Shown: positions 57,391-64,000 of the stretch, piece by piece | How positions within the stretch are numbered: the first letter of the stretch is position 1 | How the letters are laid out: the number at the start of each line of letters is the position of its first letter | DNA from: an uncultured bacterium | GTDB taxonomy: Bacteria > Patescibacteriota > Saccharimonadia > UBA4664 | NCBI GenBank assembly: GCA_963720265.1 | Contig: CAVRET010000001.1 | Location: 325,916-389,915 of the forward strand | Direction: 5' to 3' | DNA length: 64,000 nt | Translations under genes and position numbers: made by a program | Notes under the pieces: generated by a model | What the model was told of the DNA's origin: nothing | Seen by the model: the letters and a program-made list of their open reading frames with translations, nothing else | The model's database searches: none

Positions 57391-57789
57391 TTAGCGCTTG
57401 GAGAACTGTGACGCTTTGCGGGCGCGCTTGAGGCCCGGCTTTTGCCGCTCTTTTTCGCGCGGGTCACGAGTTAACAAGCCGGCCTTTCTGAGGGTTGGAT
57501 GAAGGTCGGTGCTCATGACTTGAAGGGCGCGGGCGATGGCTAGTTTGGCGGCATCGGCCTGGCCACGCTTGCCGCCGCCTTTGAGGTTTAGCGTAATGCG
57601 TAACTTTTGTTCTTGGCCGGCCAACTTAACCGGACTCTCGACCGCTGTAAGCAGGGCTGCATTGTTGAAATAATCGGCAGCAGGGCGCTCGCCTACTAGG
57701 ATTTCGCCTTTGCCGGGGTAGATTCTAACCGTGGCAATGGCGGCCTTGCGCCGGCCGCGGGCGTAGTGATAATGCTGGGCATCAGCCAT
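57391..57789 (-). CDS. rpsI: 30S ribosomal protein S9.
   Basis: YARGRRKAAIATVRIYPGKG ... C-terminal PGLKRARKASQFSKR. The last ~95 nt (57393..57483) are the master copy of repeats B and C. Confidence 0.9.
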   Translation of the reverse strand: MADAQHYHYARGRRKAAIATVRIYPGKGEILVGERPAADYFNNAALLTAVESPVKLAGQEQKLRITLNLKGGGKRGQADAAKLAIARALQVMSTDLHPTLRKAGLLTRDPREKERQKPGLKRARKASQFSKR

Positions 57790-58237
57790 TTACGGCCTCC
57801 TTGATTGGCTTAGGGTTTTGACCGGCGTGTGGATGTTCGGCTCCGGGATAGACCTTGAGGCGGCGCAGGCGGTCGTCGGTCAGCCTGTTTTTGGGTAACA
57901 TTCCACCTACGGCATGCTCAATGACACGGGCCGGATGGCGCTCGAGCACCTCGGCCAGCGTCGCGTCCTTGATGCCGCCGGGATAGCCGGAATGGCGGTA
58001 ATACTTTTTGTCGGTTAGTTTGGTACCGGTGACGCGTACTTTAGCCGCGTTGATAATTACCACATTGTCACCACAGTCGAGATGCGGTGCGTATTGAACT
58101 TTGTTTTTACCGAGCAGATGCGTGGCAGCTAAGGTACTTAAGCGCCCCAGGGTATAATCGGTTGCGTCAATGACGTACCAATCGTGTGATAGTTCTGCCG
58201 GTTTGGGTGAATAGGTTTTGGTCATAGTGCTGCTCAT
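57782..58237 (-). CDS. rplM: 50S ribosomal protein L13.
   Basis: WYVIDATDYTLGRLSTLAATHLLGKNK...HSGYPGG uL13 signature. 8-nt overlap with rpsI. Confidence 0.9.
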   Translation of the reverse strand: MSSTMTKTYSPKPAELSHDWYVIDATDYTLGRLSTLAATHLLGKNKVQYAPHLDCGDNVVIINAAKVRVTGTKLTDKKYYRHSGYPGGIKDATLAEVLERHPARVIEHAVGGMLPKNRLTDDRLRRLKVYPGAEHPHAGQNPKPIKEAVNG

Positions 58238-58716
58238 GCGGTGGCCTCCTCGGTAGCGGTCTCGGCGACTGTGGTTGATTTGGCTTCAGATACGGCCTTC
58301 TCGCTGGTCTCAGCGGACTTAGCAGTTTTAGCATCTTTGGCGGCCGGCTTGTCAGTGGCGTTTAGTACCAGTCCGAGCCGAGCCATGGGTGCGTTGTCGC
58401 CGCGGCGATTTTCGAGCTTGATGATGCGGGTGTAGCCGCCGTTGCGCTCTTTGAATGCCGGCACCAGCTCCTGGAGCATCTTCTGAGTAGCATTTTCGGT
58501 TAGGAGCTCGCGGCGCAGCGTCCTGGCGCTTGCAAGCGTACCCTTTTTGGCTGTGGTTACGAGCTGTTCGAACTGCGGCGCCACTTCCTTGGCCTTGGCT
58601 TCAGTGGTGGTAATAGCTTCGTGTAGCACGAGCGAGGTCAGTTGGCCACGCACCAGCGCCCGGCGCGGGCCGGCGGCACGTTGCAGTTTACGGCCTGTGT
58701 ACCCGTGGCGATGCAT
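58234..58716 (-). CDS. rplQ: 50S ribosomal protein L17 with an Ala/Lys/Thr/Glu-rich C-terminal extension.
   Basis: GRKLQRAAGPRRALVRGQLTSLVLHEAITTTEAKAKE...GGYTRIIKL...GDNAPMA matches bL17. 160 aa. Confidence 0.9.
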   Translation of the reverse strand: MHRHGYTGRKLQRAAGPRRALVRGQLTSLVLHEAITTTEAKAKEVAPQFEQLVTTAKKGTLASARTLRRELLTENATQKMLQELVPAFKERNGGYTRIIKLENRRGDNAPMARLGLVLNATDKPAAKDAKTAKSAETSEKAVSEAKSTTVAETATEEATA

Positions 58717-58717
58717 A

Positions 58718-59656
58718 CTAGCCTACCTTCTCCTGAGTGGCAAATCCGAGTTCGGCTATCTTGTCTTTGACTTCCTCATAGGCCTTAGTGCCAAAGCCTT
58801 TGAGCTCGCGCAGTTCGGTGTCTGATAGTTTCAGCAGATCCTTGACCGTCTTTACATCATTATTAATGAGCGCATTGGTGGTACGGGGTGAGAGGCTAAT
58901 TTCTTCAATGTTGATCTTGGCTGCGCCGGATTCAGCAGCTGACTCGCGGCTGGCGGCAGACGCGCCTGCAACAGCGTTGCCGGCCACGACCTGGAAGTGC
59001 TCAACCAGAATTTCAGCGGCTTGCTGAACGGCCTCTTGCGGTGAGATGGTTCCGTCGGTCTCCACCTCAAGTACCAGCCGGTCGAGATCGGTCATCTGGC
59101 CGACACGGGTATTTTCCACGTTGTACCGGACACGTTGGACCGGTGAATACAACGCGTCAACCGCGATCATGCCAACCTCGAGTTTTTCAGCCTCGCGGTT
59201 TTCGACCGGAACGTAACCACGGCCTTTCTCAACCTTAATTTCAAGACCAAGCTTGGCCTTGGGGCCGGACAGTGTGGCAATCAGCTGCTCGGGGTTTACG
59301 ATCTCGACATCCGAGGTGGTCTTAACTTGCGCGGCCGTCACCTCGCCTTTGCCGCCGGCGGTGAGGACGAGAAACTGCGGGTCATCTGAGAATACTCGAA
59401 AGCGCAATTTTTTGAGGTTAAGAATAATGTCGACGACATCTTCCTTAACGCCGTCAATAGTAGAGAACTCATGTGCCACCGAGTCGATTTTAACGGCTGT
59501 AACAGCCGCGCCGCCTAGGCTTGATAGCATGACACGCCGTAGGCTGTTGCCAAGTGTCATACCATAGCCGGAATACAGCGGCTCGATCGCGAAGGTGGCT
59601 TTGTGGCCGTCTTCGCTCAAGGCTTTGAGCTCCGGAAGTTGAATCGGGTGTAACAC
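58718..59656 (-). CDS. rpoA: DNA-directed RNA polymerase subunit alpha.
   Basis: 312 aa. NTD (GMTLGNSLRRVMLSSL), linker and CTD (SPRTTNALINNDVKTVKDLLKLSDTELRELKGFG). Confidence 0.9.
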   Translation of the reverse strand: MLHPIQLPELKALSEDGHKATFAIEPLYSGYGMTLGNSLRRVMLSSLGGAAVTAVKIDSVAHEFSTIDGVKEDVVDIILNLKKLRFRVFSDDPQFLVLTAGGKGEVTAAQVKTTSDVEIVNPEQLIATLSGPKAKLGLEIKVEKGRGYVPVENREAEKLEVGMIAVDALYSPVQRVRYNVENTRVGQMTDLDRLVLEVETDGTISPQEAVQQAAEILVEHFQVVAGNAVAGASAASRESAAESGAAKINIEEISLSPRTTNALINNDVKTVKDLLKLSDTELRELKGFGTKAYEEVKDKIAELGFATQEKVG

Positions 59657-59670
59657 AGATGGGTCCTTTC

Positions 59671-60291
59671 TTATCGTGAGTAAAACTCAATAACTAATTG
59701 CTCGTGCATCTCTTCAGCAACGTCTTCGCGGGCCGGCGCACCAGTCACCTTGCCGGTTGACTTCTTGGTATCAAAACTAATCCAGCGCAGACTTTCGGTA
59801 TTGGAATTTGCCAGATCGGAGCTCAGTTGCTGGAAGTAGGTGTTCTTTGCGCTCTTGGGCCGGACAACGAATTCGTCGCCGGGCCGTAATTGGATTGACG
59901 GAATGTCGACACGGCGGCCGTTGAGCATGAAATGCCCGTGCGTAACGAGTTGGCGGGCGGAGGCGCGAGTTGGTGCAAGGCCGAGGCGGTAGACTGCGTT
60001 ATCAAAGCGCCCTTCCAGGAGCTGAATCATGATGTCTCCCGAATTGCCGGTGCGGCGTTCGGCTTCATGTACCACGCGGACAAACTGCTTTTCAAGCAGA
60101 CCATACATCCGCTTGATCTTTTGCTTCTCGCGTAATTGCAATGCATACTGACTGGGCTTGTGGCGGCTTCCAGTGGGTCCGTGTTGCCCCGGTTTGTAGG
60201 GGTGCTTGGTGAGGCCCTTAATAGCCTTGGGCGCCAGCGCTACGCCTTCGCGTCGGCTGAGTTTAACAATTGGGGTAAGGTTACGGGCCAT
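59671..60291 (-). CDS. rpsD: 30S ribosomal protein S4.
   Basis: [16 protein letters not shown]...YRLGLAPTRASARQLVTHGHFMLNGRRVDIPS (S4 domain). Confidence 0.9.
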   Translation of the reverse strand: MARNLTPIVKLSRREGVALAPKAIKGLTKHPYKPGQHGPTGSRHKPSQYALQLREKQKIKRMYGLLEKQFVRVVHEAERRTGNSGDIMIQLLEGRFDNAVYRLGLAPTRASARQLVTHGHFMLNGRRVDIPSIQLRPGDEFVVRPKSAKNTYFQQLSSDLANSNTESLRWISFDTKKSTGKVTGAPAREDVAEEMHEQLVIEFYSR

Positions 60292-60692
60292 TATGCTCTC
60301 CTCGCTTTGCGCGGGCGGACGCCGCCGTGTGGGATCGGCGTCACATCCTTAATGCTTGAGACTGTAATGCCTAAGGTCGTGAGAGCGCGAATAGCTGACT
60401 CGCGACCGGCCCCGACGCCACTTACCAGTACGTCGACGCGGCCAAGCCCATATTCCTTGGCAGCTTCAGCCGCACGCTCGGCTGCGGACTGGGCGGCGTA
60501 CGGGGTGGATTTGCGCGAACCCTTAAAGCCAGCGGAACCGGCCGAGGTCCATGATAGGGCGTTACCGCGTTCGTCGGTAAACGTAATGATAGTGTTGTTG
60601 AAGCTAGCCTGGATGTGCATTTGGCCAACCGGCACCGTCCGCTTGAGTTTGCGGCGGCGAGCAGCGCTAGTTTTGGTTGCAGGAGTTGCCAT
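60291..60692 (-). CDS. rpsK: 30S ribosomal protein S11.
   Basis: [46 protein letters not shown] matches the uS11 signature. Confidence 0.9.
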   Translation of the reverse strand: MATPATKTSAARRRKLKRTVPVGQMHIQASFNNTIITFTDERGNALSWTSAGSAGFKGSRKSTPYAAQSAAERAAEAAKEYGLGRVDVLVSGVGAGRESAIRALTTLGITVSSIKDVTPIPHGGVRPRKARRA

Positions 60693-60708
60693 GGGTACCT
60701 TTCGTTGC

Positions 60709-61098
60709 TTACGTCTTTGAAGCGGCCTTCTTGCGGCCGGAACCCATGGTTACCTTTTTGCCGCGCTTGGTGCGGGCATTGGTTTTGGTGCGCTGGCCGT
60801 GTACCGGGAGTCCTGCCTTGTGGCGCAAACCACGGTATGAATTAATTTCTTTCAAGCGTCGGATATTGGCAGCAACTTCACGCTGGAGGTCACCTTCGAC
60901 GCGGTAGGTTTTGTCAATCAGGTCACGGAGCTTGGTAACTTCGGCCTCAGTCAGGTCTTTTACCCTGGTGTCAGGATTTACCCCGGTGGTAGCGAGAATG
61001 TTGCGACTTGTCGTGGCGCCGACGCCATAAATATAGGTCAGCCCAACTTCGACACGCTTAGCATCCGGCAATGTTACTCCAGCGATACGTGCTGCCAT
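60709..61098 (-). CDS. rpsM: 30S ribosomal protein S13.
   Basis: [27 protein letters not shown]...[25 protein letters not shown]. Confidence 0.9.
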   Translation of the reverse strand: MAARIAGVTLPDAKRVEVGLTYIYGVGATTSRNILATTGVNPDTRVKDLTEAEVTKLRDLIDKTYRVEGDLQREVAANIRRLKEINSYRGLRHKAGLPVHGQRTKTNARTKRGKKVTMGSGRKKAASKT

Positions 61099-61100
61099 AC

Positions 61101-61217
61101 CTAGCCCTGCCTCTGCTTGTGACGAGGCTGAGCCGAGCAGATTACCCGAACTACGCCTTCGCGGCGGATGATCTTGCAGTGCTTACAAATTTTCTTGACA
61201 CTGGCTTTTACCTTCAT
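61101..61217 (-). CDS. rpmJ: 50S ribosomal protein L36.
   Basis: Reverse-strand translation [38 protein letters not shown] (38 aa, C-x2-C...C-x-H zinc ribbon). Not in the supplied ORF track because it is short. Confidence 0.85.
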   Translation of the reverse strand: MKVKASVKKICKHCKIIRREGVVRVICSAQPRHKQRQG

Positions 61218-61243
61218 GGCCGGGCCTCATTACAAGTGTTAAT

Positions 61244-61549
61244 TTAGCGGTGACGGTACACGATACGAGCCTTGGACAGGTCGTACGGAGTCATTTCAAG
61301 CGCGACGCGATCGCCGGGAATGATGCGGATGTAGTGCATTCGCATTTTACCAGAGATGTGAGCAAGCACAACATGCCCGTTCTCAAGCTCTACCTTGAAC
61401 AAGGCATTTGGTAGAGTCTCAAGGACGGTGCCTTCGAGCTCGATTACTTCCTTTGTCGGCTTGCCTGCCTGGGTGCCCCTTTTGTTGGCACCTTTCCCTG
61501 ACCTGCTGCCGGAAGCCCCCGGTTTGGTTACATTCTTCGCGTCTGGCAT
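61244..61549 (-). CDS. infA: Translation initiation factor IF-1 with a ~30-aa basic N-terminal extension.
   Basis: The C-terminal 70 aa [60 protein letters not shown] match the IF-1 S1-like fold. Confidence 0.85.
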   Translation of the reverse strand: MPDAKNVTKPGASGSRSGKGANKRGTQAGKPTKEVIELEGTVLETLPNALFKVELENGHVVLAHISGKMRMHYIRIIPGDRVALEMTPYDLSKARIVYRHR

Positions 61550-61603
61550 ATATATGACTACAGCTTGTGATTATAGATAAGTTAGTTCATGTTGTAAAGG
61601 GTT

Positions 61604-62554
61604 TTAGTGCGTTTCGCGACCTAATTCAAGATCTCGCTTGATGATTTCCTTGCGCAGCCACAGACGGCCGGCCTTGGCGACGTCTCGATGAAACTCCAGC
61701 CCAAGTAGGTTGGACAGCCAAACCTGGATTTGTTGGTCGTCGGTTATCACGTAACTGCAGCGATCCTTGAGGCTGATTACGTTCATAAACCAGTTGGGCT
61801 TTTTACTTTGCAAGGTGCGCTTTATTGCCTGTTGCTGATTTAGAATAGGACCTGCATCCCATATCACGAGCTGACCGACGCTGATCGCATGCTCGAACAT
61901 TTCGAACTTTAGTACCTTTGAATCATTGAGAACGGCCGCTTCGAAATCACCCAAAATTGTCCGTTCGCACTCAGTGAAGTATTGGGCCGGCCAGTCGTCG
62001 GTAAGGGCGGTGCGTTGCCGTAGATCCTTGTAAGCAGTCCGATCGCGATCGGTAGTGACTGACGCGCCGAAGTTGAGCGTGTTATCAAGGATGCCGGCCA
62101 TAAGGAGCTTGGTGCTGGTTTCGCTCATTTGATTAAGCAGCCCGGCCCGCTGCCAGCGTTCGTAGATTTGGGTGCAAGCAGCACCAATGAATTCAACGTC
62201 AAGCTTAACGCAGGGTCGTTCTGACCAATATTTCTCAAAACCTACGTGGTGATCTATGACTTCGACAACATGGTCCAAATTGACGAACCGATCGAAATGA
62301 TCCGGGTCAGAGACATCAATGAGTGCAAACACGTCATTCGGCACGGATTGATAATCTGTCTCGAATTCAGCCTTCAAACTCCGTAGGGTTGATGGGACAC
62401 TCTCGTTGAGCGGCGACGTGCTGGCGGCAATTGCTGTGTGTCCCTGGGTGCGTAGGAGTTCTGCATAGGCTACGCAGCCGGCGTAGCCGTCGATATCGAG
62501 GTACGGTTTGCCCGATGTGACAACGATCCTAGGTTTTGGCCTAGTATTGCTCAT
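61604..62554 (-). CDS. DHH-family phosphoesterase (NrnA / nanoRNase-pAp phosphatase-like). The ORF is open to 62599.
   Basis: DIDGYAG (motif I), VIDHHV (DHH motif III), GILDNT. Occupies the secY-infA interval where adk and map usually lie. Confidence 0.65.
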   Translation of the reverse strand: MSNTRPKPRIVVTSGKPYLDIDGYAGCVAYAELLRTQGHTAIAASTSPLNESVPSTLRSLKAEFETDYQSVPNDVFALIDVSDPDHFDRFVNLDHVVEVIDHHVGFEKYWSERPCVKLDVEFIGAACTQIYERWQRAGLLNQMSETSTKLLMAGILDNTLNFGASVTTDRDRTAYKDLRQRTALTDDWPAQYFTECERTILGDFEAAVLNDSKVLKFEMFEHAISVGQLVIWDAGPILNQQQAIKRTLQSKKPNWFMNVISLKDRCSYVITDDQQIQVWLSNLLGLEFHRDVAKAGRLWLRKEIIKRDLELGRETH

Positions 62555-63855
62555 AGCTGGTGGTAATCGCCTGGGCTTCGAGCTGTTTGAGCGTCTCAAT
62601 GGCTACTGAGACCACGATCAGCAGGCCGGTGCCACCAAAGGTGAGGACCTGCGAGTTGGTGAACGATTGAGCGATAAACGGCAAGACCGCGATGATGCCG
62701 AGGCCGAGGGCGCCGGCCAGGGTGATACGGTCGCAATACGCGACCCAGGTAAGTGGCGGTTTGGTTGCCGGGCCGGATGCCGGGGATAAAGCCGCCCTGT
62801 TTTTGTAAGTTTTCGGCAATGTCTTTGGGGTTGAATACAACTGAAGTATAGAAATACGTAAAACCGACTACGAGAAGGAAGTAGCAGGCAGCGTAGATTC
62901 CACCCGAGGGATTGAACCAGGTGGTAAGGTTCTGCGCCAGGCTGGCTACCCAATGGGTCTTGGCATTGGTGAGTACTTGGCCAAGGAGTCCGGGCACACT
63001 CAGGAAGGCCAGGGCAAAGATAATCGGGATGACGCCGGCTGTAATAACGCGCAGTGGCAAATGGGTGTCGACGCCGGCATAGACGCGGTTGCCGCGGGTG
63101 CGTTTAGCGTAACTGACCGGAATATTGCGGGTGCCCTCGTTGAGCACAACCACAAAGGCAATGATCAGCAGAACTCCGATTAGAAACGCGATAAGGGTGA
63201 CGATTTTGCCGGTGTCGCCTGAAGCTAGGGTAGCAATTTGGCCGGCCGAGCCCGGGATACGCGCAATAATGCCACAGAAAATGATGAGCGAAATGCCGTT
63301 GCCAATCCCCTTTTCCGTGATGATTTCGCCCATCCACATGAGCAGCATGGTGCCGGCGGTAATGGTTGTTACCATTAGGGCCCACTGGAATAGGTCAGGA
63401 TGACCGATGAGATCGACGTTATCGATGCGCTCAGAGGTCTGCTGGATGAGGAATACCATGCCGAAGGATTGGATAAGTGCGAGCGGCAGCGTTAGCATGC
63501 GCGTGTATTGGTTGAGCTTGCGCCGGCCCTGCTCCCCTTCTTTGTTAAGTGCCTCGAGCTGTGGGATTACCTGCGTAAGGAGCTGAATAATGATGGAGGC
63601 GTTAATGTATGGCCCCACGCCCATCATAATGATGGAGAAGTTGGCCAAGGCGCCGCCTGTAAAGACGTCGGCAAACCCAAGTACACTGTTGGAAGCAAAG
63701 ACGGTTTTGAGGAAGGTGGCGAGTTGGGCGTTGTTGGGCACCGGTACAGGGATGTGGGCCAGTAGCCGGAAAATTACAAGCAAACCAAGAACAACGAGCA
63801 CCCTTCGGCGCAGATCTGGGGATCGATAGACCTGCTTAAGGGTACTGAGGTTCAT
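62541..63855 (-). CDS. secY: Preprotein translocase SecY, with an apparent +1 frameshift near 62733.
   Basis: The N-terminal 370 aa lie in frame 1: ...ENLQKQGGFIPGIRPGNQTATYLGRVL. The C-terminus lies in another frame: RITLAGALGLGIIAVLPFIAQSFTNSQVLTFGGTGLLIVVSVAIETLKQLEAQAITTSYEQY. The junction is at ttg-c-gaccgtatc. Confidence 0.8.
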
Positions 63856-63858
63856 AGT

Positions 63859-64000
63859 TTAGGCGAGCGCCTCCTTGGCGGGCCGGGTGGGCTTTTTGCT
63901 CGGAGCTTTGACGAATTCGATCAGCTCGACTGATCCGCCGGCTTTTTCAACCGCGACAGTCGCTGCGGCCGAGGCCTGGTGGACCTTGATGGTGAGCTTG
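63859..64000 (-). CDS. rplO: 50S ribosomal protein L15, C-terminal part. The 5' end lies beyond the window.
   Basis: Reverse translation KLTIKVHQASAAATVAVEKAGGSVELIEFVKAPSKKPTRPAKEALA*. Confidence 0.7.
   Translation of the reverse strand, partial: KLTIKVHQASAAATVAVEKAGGSVELIEFVKAPSKKPTRPAKEALA

Noticed and set aside
54182-57391. Calling the WhiB cassette region an integron or a complete integrative element.
   Set aside because: No intI-like or other recombinase gene and no attC-type core sites (GTTRRRY) are visible. Only the repeat and hairpin scars are seen, so it is reported as a finding with hypotheses rather than as a mobile_element feature.
62541-62953. Separate ORFs 62541..62840 and 62618..62953 near the secY 3' end.
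   Set aside because: 62541..62840 is the genuine SecY C-terminus in a shifted frame (see the frameshift finding). 62618..62953 is an overlapping noise frame.
1-64000. CRISPR arrays, IS elements or transposases, and rRNA genes.
   Set aside because: No regularly spaced direct repeats with spacers, no transposase-like ORFs (DDE/HUH) and no rRNA-like sequence found on inspection of either strand.

Overview
This is a high-GC (roughly 55-60% by eye) bacterial window with almost every real gene on the minus strand, apart from a few very large plus-strand genes.

The right end (57.4-64.0 kb) is a compact, tightly overlapping ribosomal/translation cluster on the minus strand: rplO (partial), secY, a DHH phosphoesterase, infA, rpmJ, rpsM, rpsK, rpsD, rpoA, rplQ, rplM, rpsI. 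adk, map and truA are absent from their usual slots. secY shows an apparent single-nucleotide frameshift at about 62,733.

Directly downstream of rpsI (54.2-57.4 kb) is a peculiar cassette region. Two WhiB-like genes and two unknown ORFs (197 and 215 aa) sit between three direct copies of the last ~60-95 bp of the rpsI coding sequence. Each extra copy is preceded by a GC-rich terminator hairpin and a conserved cassette end (gtgcccgctaggcggc).

Further left on the minus strand are an RCK-domain channel gene, rluD, holB and a TPR protein, then a frameshifted HNH endonuclease pseudogene, tRNA-Thr(TGT) and tRNA-Tyr. These last three mark the right boundary of a ~32-kb locus whose left boundary is tRNA-Thr(GGT). 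The genes in that locus are:
- A phage tail-fibre-like / pectate-lyase-fold protein (17654..19642). A second, truncated paralogue sits at the window's left edge.
- Two paralogous giant secreted modular proteins of 4459 aa and 4743 aa.
- A conserved small convergent membrane-anchored partner gene after each giant gene.
- A secreted 242-aa protein between the two giant-gene loci.

The giant proteins are built from CBM4_9-like, Kelch-like and other beta-rich modules, separated more than 20 times by a TAFQVQNASG-x-LL-x-VDT motif. Their C-terminal tips differ.

The left 17 kb holds hypothetical secreted and membrane-anchored proteins, including an operon that alternates secreted and anchor proteins at 4.0-8.3 kb. 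It also holds low-GC islets with GDSL hydrolase, Nudix, a membrane protein and a GT2-like glycosyltransferase, a pentapeptide-repeat protein, tRNA-Trp, a beta-propeller GH-like protein, a Cys-less rpmG and a PspC-domain protein.

All four tRNAs encode their 3' CCA. No CRISPR array, transposase, integrase or phage structural core (capsid/terminase) was seen.

Taxonomy cannot be fixed from sequence alone. The streamlined ribosomal cluster and the giant surface proteins suggest a CPR/Saccharibacteria-like epibiont. The WhiB genes and an actinophage-type minor-tail motif (FLRGDGSWATP) point to an actinobacterial connection, by ancestry or by horizontal transfer.
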